DNA of 64,000 nucleotides. It comes from Azolla caroliniana. Taxonomy: Eukaryota > Plantae > Polypodiophyta. The DNA lies in contig JBHGNT010000011.1 of NCBI GenBank assembly GCA_043228905.1, positions 5,518,001 through 5,582,000 on the forward strand, written 5' to 3'. The position numbers and the translations under genes were made by a program. Position 1 is the first letter of the stretch. Every line of letters begins with the position of its first letter. The notes beneath the pieces are model-generated. The model ran no database searches. It was not told the DNA's origin and worked only from the letters and a program-made list of their open reading frames with translations. Below, piece after piece: positions 48,425 through 62,256 of the stretch.

Positions 48425-51400
48425 TCAACTAAATATCAAATGAGTACAAAGAACCAAACAGGGAAAATGCACAAGAAACAAGTAGAGATATGTGGCACTG
48501 CCCCAATTCCACATGCATTCAACCCATTCCCATGTAATCATGAGGCTTGATTCTGAGGGTTTGGTAAATCCTATAAGGATAAGGAAGATGAGTGGGGAAG
48601 AGGCTATCAAGGTAAATATCAATGCCAACAAAGCTATAGCAAATGAACCCACTTTCTTTGTTTTATGCTTGATTGGATATACAATCAAGCACATAGGTAC
48701 AAGCATAACAGCTCCAACAAGAGCTGCGGCAAAATTAATCAGTGACATAATGCCGATGCCGATAGTTGCTGCTCCAAGCGTAGCAGCTTTTACAGCAATC
48801 CAATCAGTCCCCACATATTGCATCCCTAAGAAACTTTTCGCATATAGCGAAATAATGACGAGCATTGGTATACTTATGATGAAGAATGCAACCCAAATAC
48901 CTGCTTTAAGATTCGGGTATTCAACGACATAGTCAATAAGTGGTGGACTGATGCCGACAATGAATGACCAGAACTCCACAAAGCATACAATTGGAACCGC
49001 TGATGACCATCGAATAAAGCTCGGAACACCATCTCCTGAAAGAGCTTCTGGTGATAATGATCCTTCTTGCAACTTATCTGAGTCTTGTGAGGGCCTTTTG
49101 CCACATGATAGAACATTTTCCGTAGCACATACAGCTGCAGCTTTGAGAGGCAGTGTTATCAGCAGCAACAATAATGGGACAATATACACACCAACTGATA
49201 CAAATTTGTTTGGTCCAGTCAGAAAGTACAGGAAAAAGGATTGGTGAAACTTCTCGAGTAAATTATTCACTGACCGTATTGTTCCCTCCAGCAGTCTGAA
49301 AGCAGAAGTTAAAAAACATCACAGTTGCAACAAACTAGATTGGTGAATGAGTAAAAGTTATGATGCCTCATAAGTTCATAATGAATGCATACCTGCCAAA
49401 TTTGATCAATGAACCAATATGAACAGCATTATCTTGGGATGAAGCTGACATGGCCATGGTAACTGCATCAATTTGATAATCTCCAAATGCCCCATGTGCA
49501 CCAGTAGGAACCCCTAAAGCCTACAAAAAATGCTCTGACTAAGAAAAATATTACTAAGCTTTAATACTGTTTAAATATCAGGATAGAGCTGATATTCAGG
49601 TATATGAGAAACACATGAGTACCAGTAAACCAAGACGTCTAATATCTCATTCAGATGCCATTAGGAGGTATACCTTACCTGAAGAGTCAATGACCGCGAT
49701 AAAGTTGCAGCACCCTGAACATATTCAGAAGCAGGAGGGCTAAATTTCCACCCCACATTTAACATCGCTGCCATTTGTCCCAATTTCTCCAGAAAATCAC
49801 CAACAACATGAAGCCATTTCCATTCAAGCATGTTGTCCAAAATATCCAACTTCATTTGTAATCCTTCTCTGTAAACAGCCAGATTGTTGACAACATTTAT
49901 GAGGTCCAGATTTGGCATCTGTCCATTTGATCCTTCGGCGTACAATTTTATTGAATCACCCAGCCCCGGTCCCTGCGATGCCTGAAATTTAAATATTATA
50001 CCTGCCGCAATAACACCTGCCCTTTTAAAATCTCTCATATTGGTTTTCTCGAGTAAAGAAGCACCATTTTCATCGAGTGTTTCATATATATGATCATATG
50101 ATCCATTGTCAGAATTCAGAGAAGGCTCATGATAATCCCTCAACCATGCAGCAACACCAGTATGAAAACCAAATTCTGTATCCGCAGCAAGCCAAATAAT
50201 GTCCTTTGCCAACCATTGTGCTTCCTTGAGAAGATGAAACAAGGACAAACCAAGCCCCAAAGAAAACGCATCTGCATCTGTAAGGGATCGTGTGCTAAAT
50301 GGAGTGACAAGAACAATCGCTTCATTCCCTTCTCCGCGGGGTGCACGAACTATCCCAATTACATTGACACCCAGTACTTCTGAAATGTTTGCATTATTAT
50401 TCCCAGAAACCATTTCCTTTAAACCACTTTGCGAGGAAGACTGCGAGGAGAAAAAACACATTGGTGAAAATGGAGAGCCAGGAGCAGCGAATGGGTGCAA
50501 GTAGAAATCTGCACCCATAGCAATAAGATGCTTGACCAAGACATTTCTGACAACCCTGGCAAAACAAAGCTAGAATGTATCACATAAAGCTAATGGATAT
50601 AAAAAGCTTTAGAATGTCTCCTTAACCCCTTTTTTTCAAATTCTTATTGCACAAATTTGTGGATATTTATCCGAACATTTAGGATGTACCCATCCATGTT
50701 CTTTTCTCTTAGCATTTGCAGCTCCTTGGCTATTCGAGATGCATCCAGTGAATGTTGGAGAACAAATTTCGGACTGGCAGAACCTGTAATAAGTTTTAGA
50801 ATTTCGATAATTTCACTTGGATATCAATGGTTACTTAGATTCAAAGAGTGACACTATCTTGCAAAATCAACAAATGTCTATTAACATCTACTTATTGCCA
50901 AGTTTGGCCTATGAGACAAATCACAATTACAAGTATGGGTGAATTCATCATAGCTATTTCAAACAAACATAAAAGCCCTAGTCTAGGTTAATGATCTTAA
51001 CGCATGGGGAGGACTGATTCTTGAGATGGTTTACGAGAATAAAGTCTGAAGCTAATACGTATTGGATTAGTGTCAGGGGACATGGTATCCAAAGGTTGGT
51101 TGGTGTATCCTCAACAGAGTCTTGCATGACATTGATGTTAACTAGTTCCACTCCAGAAAAGGACGCTAGAATAGTAAGAAAAGTAAGGTTGTAATAGTAC
51201 TAAGCAAACATTTGGGTGAAGAGCAGTAATATGAAAGAAATGTAATAGGATTAGGAAATGCCTTTTAAGGTTGGATCCTCATTGCTGTGAGAAATGGAAA
51301 AGAAAGTGTTTTGTACACAGATCAAGCCTGGATAAATTTCTTATAGAGATTCTTAATGGTGATTTAGCTATACATAAATGATAGTAGAAAGAGCAGTAGT

Positions 51401-54400
51401 ATGAAAGAAATGTAACAGGATTAGGAAATGCCCTTAAACAACTGAAAGTAGAAAGCATGTTATCAGTAAGTAATACAGCAAATAGACCCGTTTTTTCTCC
51501 TGAAAATCAGGTTTTTTAACAATAGTATGATAAGAAAGGATCCTCAATTTATGTGTGAAAGGGAAAAGAAAGTGTTTTGCACATAGATCAAGCCTGGATA
51601 AATTTCTTAAGGATGATTTAGCTTTAAACAACTGACAGTAGAAAGCATGTTATCAGTAAGTAATACAGCAAATAGACCCGTTTTTTCTCCTGAAAATCAG
51701 GTTTTTTAACAATAGTATGATAAGAAGTGTGTGCCAGATGTATATGATATGGAAAGACTTGGTAGCCAAGTGTAGAGCAGATAACTGCTGAAAGCATCTA
51801 AGTAGGAAGCCCAGCTCAGGATGAGTGTCTCCTACTCGTACTTAAGAAGTCTCTAATTTGGGAACCCGAGATAAGGTCACGGCAAGACTAGCTGTTTATA
51901 ACCTGGTCTGCCCCCCATGCTCACCAGGGAAGGAACAAGTTGAGGATTTAGTATATCTGTGTGTTTAAGGGCTGTGGCTGATACTAGTAATTGTTGGTTG
52001 TGGGGGCTGGCTCGTACCATCAAGCAAGCTGATTCTCAATCTATTCTTCTTTGAAGAAGAATCGATCAACCTCCAATCATATTAGGATGTCATTTGAAAT
52101 CACGGCCATGATTAGGAAGAGCCAAGTTGTTTTTAACCTGGTCTGCCCCCATGCTCACCAGGGAAGGGACAAGTTGAGGATTTAGTATATCTGTGTGTTT
52201 GAGGGCTGTGGCTGATACTAGTAATTGTTGGTTGTGGGGGCTGGCTCGTACCATCAAGCAAGCTGATTCTCAATCTATTCTTCTTTGAAGAAGAATCGAT
52301 CAACCTCCAATCATATTAGGATGTCATTTGAAATCATGGCCATGATTAGGAAGAGACGAGGGTGGTGCTGATGCTGATACTAATGAGTGGCAGTGGTGGT
52401 GGCGCATTGATGATGAGGATGAGGATAATGAAGGAATGTTTATCGAGAGTTGGGAATTTCCACTGATGTTTGACATTATCATCTATATACTGCTTTGTTG
52501 TTTTAATTTGGTCCAGGATTCAGCCTTCAATAGTCCACTCTGTGCTTTTGGTCATGTTTATGTAGATTGTTTAAGTTTCGACAACAGGATTATTTAATTT
52601 GTTCTTTTTCAGTAGATATTTGTATGAAGTTTGGATCTGTGTGCATTAAATTTGATCCTTTCTTATTTCTTATCTAACATACTCCTTTTAGATTTATTAT
52701 TTAGGTTTCCATGTGATTTACCTTGTATGGTATGCCCACGGAGCCTCTCTTATTTCATACACATCATATTCCATCGATATCATGATGGTGGTGGATGATA
52801 AAACATATGGAATTTCACAGAGTTTGAGCCATACTTTAATTTCATTTCCATTCCATTATAACTTTGGAGAAACTATAGCAGCAAGTGAGAGCGAGAGATC
52901 TTTTATGAAATAAATATAATATGCAAAAGCCTATATACAATAATGTACATGGTTAGAGTCACATTAAGCCAATGTTGTACCACGCAGACTCCAATTGGTT
53001 CATATTATTTCTCAGAAAGTTCTGGGTTCTTAACTCCAGCTGCATGGACTTCATTCTCTGCCTTTAAAACAAGTTCAATGCTGCTGGTTTAGCATAATTG
53101 TTGTGTACCAATGACAATTTTCAATAAGAGTCGATGAAGGCTACAGATGGTTGTTAGAATCTAATTGTCACAGGATGGTTAATACAAACCAATGACTCAG
53201 TCGAGGTTGCCTTAAGGCTTCTCTTACACAGACGTCTCTTCCAGTGCATCGGTGAAGGCTATCCATGACTTAATACAAGACTCACCTGGTGCAACGGTAA
53301 GGCTTGTAAACTACTTGGCAAAAGCTATTTCATGTTCTAGACCTTTGACTCTGACCCTTCACTAATCCCCCTGAACCCCATAACAAATGTGCAGCTATAC
53401 CAGTATACATCTGTACAATAGACTAGGTGTCGAACACCTCATGATAGTTATACCAGGAACATTCCGACTGGCTTGAGATGTCAACATCACACTTTACAAT
53501 GCTAGCTGCAGTCTGAAACACAACGATTTGGAATGGATATATAAAGGGCTGGATTCTCTATTCTATGATGTACACTTTTCTACTTCTAGGAATTTCCTCA
53601 GAGAATGCCTCCTCCATCATATCAGAGATAGTTGCTTGAGCAATCATGTATACATATGTGTATCCAAGGTAAGTACTAGAAGCATCTACTCATGGTATGG
53701 ACGAAGTTTAAGCATCTAGCATACTGAAGAGCTAAGCCTTAATTTCCATGATCATCCAAGAGACCATGAACATGGTGCAGTCAGAATCATGTTCTATTAG
53801 ATTCGAATGTTAGTTAGGATATTTATATGGTGTGAGAAGCAATTATGAAACTTGCATGAATTCATTAAATAAATAAAATGAGTGTCTCCCAGAGCATCTT
53901 TATCATCCTCTGGATTCAAGTCCATGGTCTATCCTGGAGTTACTCAGCGCCTTAGCAAGCACCAACAGTGTTATTATGTATATGCATCCATTTGCGGGAG
54001 ATATAGCACCCCTCTCTTTAGGCCTATGCTTGATCTTATACATCATGCTTGTATGGCAGCCCAATGTTACATGAGAATTTAGTTACAAAGGACGTCATGC
54101 CAAAGTGGTACAAATTAGAGCTTCACTACAATTTTGTCTTGTTTATCATCTTGGAGGTTATGTCTCGTCAAGCCTTATCCTGAGCTTGTTTTATTTCATT
54201 TTGGCAGTTGTGGTAGAGATCAGCTCCATTCTGCACTGTAAAGGGATTGAAATTATAAATTCCTGGGGAATCCCTTTCTAAAGGTCCTTATTCTGTTAGA
54301 AGTTTCCGGTTATGGTATGCTTAAGCATCAAGCGATAATAATGAGCCTTGGCTGGATAAGAGAATTAATACTCTAGCCATCAATTGCCTTGATAGTCTAT

Positions 54401-54960
54401 TTTTTGTTTTGTTTTGTTTTATTAGGATGTCAAAGATTAGGCTCTTGATCTTTCCAACATAACAACACGCAAATATACACAATTTCCTTTCCAATATCGA
54501 AGGAGGACCACATTGTATGCTTCAATTATAAAGATAATCATGTTTACTTCATTTGATTAGTATGATAAATGAATATCTTGATCCTCACAGTAAGTAAAGG
54601 CACAATTATACACAAACCAATAACATCAAAAGTCAATGAAGAAACACCAAGAATACCTGGAATGAGAGCATTTTCAGAAATGTAAGTGTTCTTTGCTAAT
54701 GCAGGAAGCAAGAGTAGAGCGACAAGACCAACAATACAGCAGGTTACACTGTAATCGAAAATCACAAAGATAGATCCAATTTTAGGGATTTTCAGAAAGG
54801 AAAACCAAAAAAATATCGAGATAAGGGGCATTATTCCGAGAGGAGAAGGGGACGCTTACACAAGGAAATCGGCGTGTCGGATCGCAAGGGACGCGAGCTT
54901 CGGAAGGAGTCGAGATCCCTTCCTCTGTCTCCCGTCACAGATGTTCTTTTCTTCTGCCAT
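48425..54960 (-). CDS. GPAA1: GPI transamidase component Gaa1/GPAA1 (~720 aa); exons 54960-54860, 54748-54657, 50783-50690, 50555-49679, 49520-49393, 49295-48425
   Basis: Motifs KNTYISENAL, RAPRGEGNEAIVLV, WLAKDIIWL, NGQMPNLDLIN, GVPTGAHGAF, RSVNNLLEKFHQSFFLY, and a multi-TM C-terminus. All introns are GT-AG and phases join into one 2163-nt frame. Confidence 0.95.
51220..52355. repeat. Patchwork and tandem duplications in GPAA1 intron 2
   Basis: Blocks repeated at 51221/51391, 51297/51563 and 51441/51631, plus an ~235-bp tandem pair at ~51893/52128. Confidence 0.85.
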
Positions 54961-55041
54961 GGATTGGTGATCCCTCGAGATTTCGTCTCCTTACATACAC
55001 ACGCACAAGCACGCAATCTGTGTCTCTGTGTCTCTGTGCCA

Positions 55042-55060
55042 AAACCCTAGGAAACCCTAG
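55042..55060. promoter_or_regulatory. Two telo-boxes (AAACCCTAG) near the GPAA1 start
   Basis: AAACCCTAG at 55042 and 55052, ~80-100 bp upstream of the ATG. Confidence 0.55.
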
Positions 55061-56188
55061 AAACAAAACACAGGCAGAAAACTATTGTCTGTTGTGAAAA
55101 CTGTGCATGAAAGAGAAGACAAATGAGAGAAGACATTTATGTAAATATCAAAAACACTACACCTCAATTTTTCTTCATCTTTTTTGGTTCTTTACCTCAA
55201 TTATTTTTCCTCATCTTTTTGGTCCTTCCTAGGTTTCTTCTTAGAGCAGCAGGTCAGGTCTCCTGGACTGTATTATTTCGGTAAATCTTTTGCGAGTTTC
55301 AGTCAAGTGCTTGCAGTAGCATGTTCCTTATTGTTCTTGGTGTGATCTCAATTTAACATAAAAACATACACAAAACAGTGGGACAATGTGTCGAAGTCCA
55401 CTTTTTGTTTCGAAGAAAAAAAATTTGATACAACTACTACATTGGACACTAGAAACACTCAAGAATAAAGGCCGATGTCAAAGATTCACGCATCACAACA
55501 ATCTGTTTTTTTTTCGTGAGTATCACATTTCGATTTGGTTCAGGACGAGATGGAGTCCACAATGCAGAAGCTTTCTCGACTATCTTTGAACATCATGTGG
55601 CATCAATAGGAAAGATTATGGAAAACGGTGACTATGGTAAAGTTATGGGCATTATGGAAATGTAGATGTAACTCAATTTATGATGCAGCAAATCTTGGTC
55701 TCTCAGATGTATTGCTCGAGATATGTTAGAAATTGATGGTAGTAGTCCATAGTCAATCTGATGATATGCATGATTCTCCAGAAAATGTTACTAAGAGAAG
55801 GAAGAAGCTTCTTCAGTTCTGGAGAAAGTTGCCCCTCTTCGTAGTGTTGGATCAGTACACCATGGTAGTGTGCCTCATCAAGTTTCAAAACCTCTTTATA
55901 AGTTCCTATATTTGGCGTTACGATAATTGTGCATAAAACATTGTAAGCCCCTAGGCAAATAACTTCAAGTTGTAGCATTCGGGCGTTTTTTCTTAATACT
56001 ACTGAAGAAAATCTTTGAAGGAAAAAAAGGAAAAAATATAGGAAAGATTGTACAAAATATCCAAGAAGCTTCATCTATTGGTGACCACTTTCTTTTAGCA
56101 TTGTTATTGCCAAGTAAGGGATTATTATGTGTCCTTGCAACCAAACCAACAAGTAAATTACCAACTATTGGTGTAACAATTTAAAGCA

Positions 56189-57900
56189 ATGCATATTCTT
56201 CATTGCAATGCGACGAAAGTGTGGGAGGAACTCTTTCGTTTATTAATGTCATTAACAATGAAGTATGTTGATGATGAGAGGGCGTATACTAACCAATGGA
56301 CTACATGGGTTCGACTTCATGGTGGAACCAAGGATGAATGGTTCAAGTTAGATCACCTCAAATTGGGATTAAGCCCACATTTTGAATTTGAGGCAACTCT
56401 AAAGAATCCCACAACTTTCCAAGCACTTCGAAAATCTTGTGAAGCTTAAGTAGACAGTTAGAGGTAATCTAATTTCATCTCCTACTCTTCAACAACCATC
56501 AATCATAAACGGAGAGCAAGTCTTCCTCAATGTCTTTTTGGCCTCGCTGATGACATATCAAGCTAATATCCTAATGATGCTAGAAGCTACTCAACCTATG
56601 TAATGGAAGGAGGCCTCTCAAGACAATTAATTTTGGCATCTCCATGAAGTTACTCCACAAAGCCATCACATGGAAGTGAATTTTAATGCAAGTCAAACTC
56701 AAGATGTTCCAAGGGAACAGACATTGATTGTGTGCTACACATGTTGTGTTAAGGGACACATGTCCACTATGATTTTCTTAATGAAAAGGTAGTTGGGGTG
56801 GACGCATGTATCAACTTCAAAGAAATCAAAACAATACTAATACAAATATTAACAAACTCAACAAGCAATTTGTAGAAAGGGGAAAGTACATTGGTACAAA
56901 TTCCAACAATTCTCCTTGATGTATATATATATATAGAGAGAGAGATTATATCATCATCTTCAGAGGTCAACTATAACCTACAAGACAAAACAATTAACAT
57001 TTTCATGCTATAATATGAGAGTAACAACTCTCAATGTTCAAGAACTTTACTAAGGAATATTGTAATTGAGGGATTTGGTTTAGTCAAACATGTCAAACAT
57101 AGTTGAATATGATTAATGTTTGATACTCAAACTCTCAAACTTGTTTGCGGAAAAATGTACCCCTAATGTCCCGTCTCACATCATAATGAGTGTGAACTAA
57201 GTCATATAGAAGCAATAGTTCAGATGACATGCAATGGGATGGGCTCTAACATGCATTGACGTGTGTAGTTTATGCATTTGACAAAGAATATGGTTTCATA
57301 ATTAGGTGTAACAGATGTACTATAACGTGTTAAGAGAGGCGTTTATGAACCTTAACCTTATATTCAACAACCTTTTCCATGGCCATAATCTCAATGGAAA
57401 GTGATATTGTCTCAAAAAGTAAGAGGATGTATAGCTTTTGGTTCTTGACTTAAAGAAACTTGGTAAGAAAATGCTTTTGGACATTTTCAAACTCTTTCCA
57501 AGTAGATTTAAGGATGCTACTAGCCCATACTTCCACCCCATAGAGAAGCATCAGAGTCACCAAAGTGTCGAAAAGGTATTTCTAAAGGACCCAACATTTA
57601 AATTCTCCACTATTGGAAGCTTTCTCAAATGCATTAACTACTCTCTTTCCCGCCTCTAAGCGACGGGTAGCATATTCGTTCCATCTATGCTTTGAGGGAA
57701 CCACACATCTCTATAATGTATTTAAAGTTTCCCACAATTTCAAATGGCTTATTATTGTAGATAATGCATGGTTTATCCTTATTTCTTCAATACCTTCTTC
57801 CTTTACAAACTTGGAGCAAGAGAGCAAAAAAGTCAAGAGATCCTTGATGATGCACTTTGCTCAACTACTAAGGTTGTAGTGTAACAAAGGTGTGAAAGTC
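56189..57900 (+). mobile_element. Highly degenerate Ty3/gypsy remnant
   Basis: Gag-like GL..F...LKNPTTF, zinc-knuckle relic IVCYTCCVKGHM (~56728), and integrase C-terminal relic KRRVAYSFHL...LYNVFKVS (~57660-57740). Confidence 0.5.
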
Positions 57901-59231
57901 GAATGTAGAACCCAAAGCTAACTACAATGAGAGAGAGATCATTCTATTGAAATAGGACTTGCAAGACCAAATGTAAACAATTTTATCTAGAATGTGTGTC
58001 ATATAGTGACTCTTGATGTTCAAGCATTCTACCAATGAACATTACAATTGAGAGCACAAGATCCGACTAAAAGAGGAATGTGTTTAGGGAATGAATCGGG
58101 TTGACTACGCATGGAAAGCAAACTAAAATGTGGACGGTGAGAGATCATTGTGCTCATAAATCATGGATTATTTGTACTTATGAGTTTTCATAAGCATAAC
58201 TTTTGTTTAAGAGCTATCGTTCATTCATTTTACTATGTATGAGAAAATTTTATAAAATGTTCATATGCTTTTAGGCACCACACCATCTTTATGTGACAAA
58301 ATCGCAATTGCCACATTCCCAATGGCAGCTTCCCTCAATGGCTTGTTGATTTACAAACTTGTCAATCAAAAAAATGAAGGAAAAATGAATCCAATTAACC
58401 TCAATTTACCGCAAGGCAGTCTTAACACAATCACCTACCTACACATGACTTTCTTTAAATGCTGAAAAATGTTTTCCAGCATAATAACCTTTAAATGCCA
58501 AACAATGTTTTTCAGCATAGTCCCAAAGCAGACTCTGATTTCATTGTTGGTTCCCCGACATGAAACTGTTTCGGCTTAAATTGGTCCCTGAAAGTAGCAA
58601 CATAAATATGGAATCCGCAATAACTATTTGAAGATGGTGGGCATCAAAACAGATCATTGTCGCAAACAATAAATCAATGGCTGAAAAGACGCACAAATTT
58701 TCGGTTACACGTATCATCTTATTTATCATTTATTATCACTCATCAATGATTCCCTTCAATCATAGGGTGTCCCTGCTGCGGCTTTTATTTTTCCAAAAGT
58801 TAAAAGCAAACACTCTCGCTTTTCTTTCTCGATTGATTAATTGAAAGAGGTGGGGTAGAATGATGATCTAGTCACACTAACCAATTAAGCCAATCACATT
58901 ATGCAATCCCAAAATATAGAAGGAAGCTTCATTTTCACCGACCAACAGCAATACAACAAGATCTCTCCCACACGTATTAGATGAGAAGAAAGAGAGATGG
59001 AAGTAATGAAGGTGCAAAAGGGCATTATCAGACTTCTCAGCCCCTTTTTGCTTTTTCATTGGATTAAGAACAATATCAAACAAAAACAAAAGAAAAAAGA
59101 AACAAAGGGAAAAAAGGGATGGGCATTAAGACATGAAATTTCAAAGGATTGCCCCAAAATGCTCGGCAGCTCTCATTCATCGAGACACAAAACACTTTGG
59201 AGAATTAGTGTAGTGGTGTGACTAGAATCAT

Positions 59232-61320
59232 CTAATAAACAAGACCACATGAGAGGTGCATTAGTAGCACTGCAGCTTCTTCTTCATCTTCAGCAAACAC
59301 TCGTCTTACACTTTGATGCTCAATGTCAATGTTTGATAGGCTCTTCAGCCTCGACGGAAAAGGATAGCCATAAATACTCTTTAAGGGAGTAGACCCGAGA
59401 TGGTGGTGCCATTTCCTCTTCCTCTGTTGTTTAAGGCTCAGCTCAGAGCTCCGATTCGGCTTCACCATCGTATCGGACATAATAACATCACTTTGGCTGG
59501 GGTAGGATCTGTACTTCTTGTACCTTATCCCGCATGCATTGCACAATGACTACAAGCAAAAACAAAAGAAAACAAATGTGTTCATAGACCCATAATTTGG
59601 AAAGTCACAAGAATTGAATTGAACCACACTTTGATTTTCTATATATGCCTGCCTGCTTATTTTGGAAAACAGAGAACATATACTAATTAGTACCTTGGGT
59701 CCTTGAGGGCCACTTCTCCACATGGGTGTCTTTGTTGCTCCACACAAAGCGCACTCTTTAAGACTAGGGTTGAGGTAACTCTTATTGGGGGATCGATTTC
59801 GGCTTTCTTGAAGACTAGCGGCATTCGAAACTCGAGCTACTTCTAGAACTTTGGCAAAGTCCGAGAATTCTGGAAGTAAATCAAACTTGGAAGGTTGAGG
59901 AATGATTAACCGAACTTCATCTGACTCCGAAACTTGAGTAGCTAACTCCGAATTTCCATTTACTTCATTGTTGACACGAATAGCTAGCCTCGGAGATAGT
60001 TTCTTACCACCCGGATTCTCGGGTTCTTCTCCACATACCGCCTCCATGATGCTTGTTGGGCTACTGTAATGTGTCTCATTGGCATTACTTCTCCCACATG
60101 GAGAAATAAGAGAATCCTGCAAACAGGAGGAGAAGAAATGTAAAGAACGGTTTGATATAAGCATGAACACCATCATCAAAACTTGTTACATGTTCACAAT
60201 TGTTCTATTCAACATACAAGCTCATCAAAGAAATCTAGGAAGCCTTATTATATACATTAAACGATATGTTCTCCACATACCCTGATGGAAATATATCCAC
60301 CCACACAACCTGACGGAAAGGCATTAACTATTACCCAAGACTACATTTGTTGTTTGCGTTGCTCCAGGCTATCTATTTTTCTTCGACTTAAGCTCTGCTA
60401 AGTTATGATCATACTTCTCGTGCCTAATGATAAGGATCGCCATTACGGTTTTAGTTAAGTTTTTTAATGTTTATGCTTGGGTTTATAATGTGTGATAGAT
60501 AATACTCATTAAAAGATGCTCCGCCACGGAAAAAAGAAAACCTAATAACAGTTAAGAATTAAGGGTTCGCCCTCCATCCATCCAGTCATGCATAGCCATG
60601 ATGAGGGTTAAGATTCAGCTTGCTATCAATCCCCCACAATTTCCCTTTAAACCCTAAATTTCCTATAACCTTAAGGTTTAGAATTATCTTCTTATGCAAA
60701 CCATACGGAGAAGAATACTGGTAAATTAAACTAACCTGATGAAAATGACGATTGACATATCCAATGCCAAGAGTTTCCTCTTCTTCTTCTTCTTCTTCTT
60801 CTTCCTCTTCCACCGGGGATGATTCAGAACAACCAAATCCATCTCTCGTCACAGAAACACAGTATTTGTTCTCTTCTTCAACCTCAGAAGCTACATTAGA
60901 GCAATAACTTGACCTTAATGAAGAACCAAAATCACAAGATGAAGTCGAAGAAGAAGAAGAAATGTTTGAGGGAATTATATCTATGGAGCTTTTCTTCTTC
61001 TTTCTCTTATGCAAATTCGATGCATTCTCCACAGTGCCCAATTCACCTTCTACATCATCATCATCATCATCATCCTCACTAGAGAAAGCTGAAGCAAAAT
61101 CTTTTCTCTCCGTATTTCCTGCATTATCTCCATAGCTTTGCGAGCTCCTTCTCGAAAGCTCTGTGTGTGAGCTTAATTCTGAAGGTGAAACAGGAGATTT
61201 CCTAACATCGTCCTCAATGATTCGGTTCTCACATGTCTTGCTCTCTTTCTGCGTTTGCAAAAGCCAGAACTTCTTGATGTGGCCGTGGCCACACACTCGG
61301 GAGAGCTGAGAAGAATCCAT
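59232..61320 (-). CDS. LLM-domain B-class GATA transcription factor (GNC/GNL-like, ~441 aa); exons 61320-60736, 60116-59694, 59549-59232
   Basis: CALCGATKTPMWRSGPQGPK|SLCNACGIRYKK (C-X2-C-X18-C-X2-C, with an intron in the finger as in class B) and C-terminal EEEAAVLLMHLSCG. GT-AG phase-0 introns. Confidence 0.92.
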
Positions 61321-61769
61321 TAAACTAGATCTAGCCTATCTTGCCAGACTATGATGGAAAGGCAGTATGTCAGGTGAAGAAAGGTCGAAATTCAAGCAGG
61401 AGCCATAGCTCAAAGAAGCAAAGAAAAACAAAATTGATGCAGGCACAGAAGATGGGAATGGGAGGAAATCAGGGTTTTGAGCTAGAAAAACGAGGAGATC
61501 CGGGATTTGAGCTGCGCAGAGAGCTTCAAGGAGGAGGCGCGAGTTTGGGAGTTGGAGCTGTCTGGAGGCCTTCAAGGAGAGACGAATTTTTCAGAGAGTT
61601 TTGAGCTGCACAGAGAGATGACTCACAGAGACGAAGAATGTTAAAGAGTTTTGAGCTCGCAGAGAGCTTCAAGAAGAGGATGATACAGTTTTGAGCAAGT
61701 GGTGAGAGCTTAAAGGAGAGGAGAGCTGAGGCAGTTTCAGGACCGAAAAGGGGGGGGGGGGGGGAAGGA

Positions 61770-62207
61770 TTAGGGTTTTAGGATGCAGAGAGAAAGAGAG
61801 AGAGGGGGGTGTCGAGAGTTAGGGTTAGGGTTAGGGTTAGGGTTAGGGATTGTGGAGAGCGAGAAGAGCAGAGAGGGAATTAGGGTTTCCGGCTGCCGAG
61901 TGCCGAGGTGAGCGGAGAGTTTCACAGAGGCGGAGGAGGAAGAGGAGCAGCAGAAGGATTTAGGGTTTAGGGCTGCGGGGATGAACACAGAGAGAGAGAG
62001 AGAGAGAGAGGGTTGGGAAAGGGCGGGGAGAGTTAGGGTTTGGGGGCGCCGTCAGGCAACTGACTGACGGACGGACGGACTGACTGACGGCCTTCTTTCC
62101 TCCGCCGTCCGATCCTTGCCTTGCGTGGCCTCATCTTCACCGTCCGATCTCTAAGTTCTAACCAAGAGGGGAGTAGGGAACAATGAATGAATGAAAATGA
62201 GAGAGAT

Positions 62208-62252
<45 letters not shown>
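61770..62252. promoter_or_regulatory. Telo-box/(TTAGGG)5 and (GA)n-rich upstream region of the GATA gene
   Basis: TAGGGTTT at ~61771, 61881, 61961 and 62034; TTAGGG x5 at 61819-61848; GA tracts at ~61989-62010 and 62210-62252. Confidence 0.6.

Positions 62253-62256
<4 letters not shown>

Noticed and set aside
52950-54300. LINE or hAT remnant in GPAA1 intron 2
   Set aside because: Only faint motif resemblance, no termini or TSD. Unsupported without a search.
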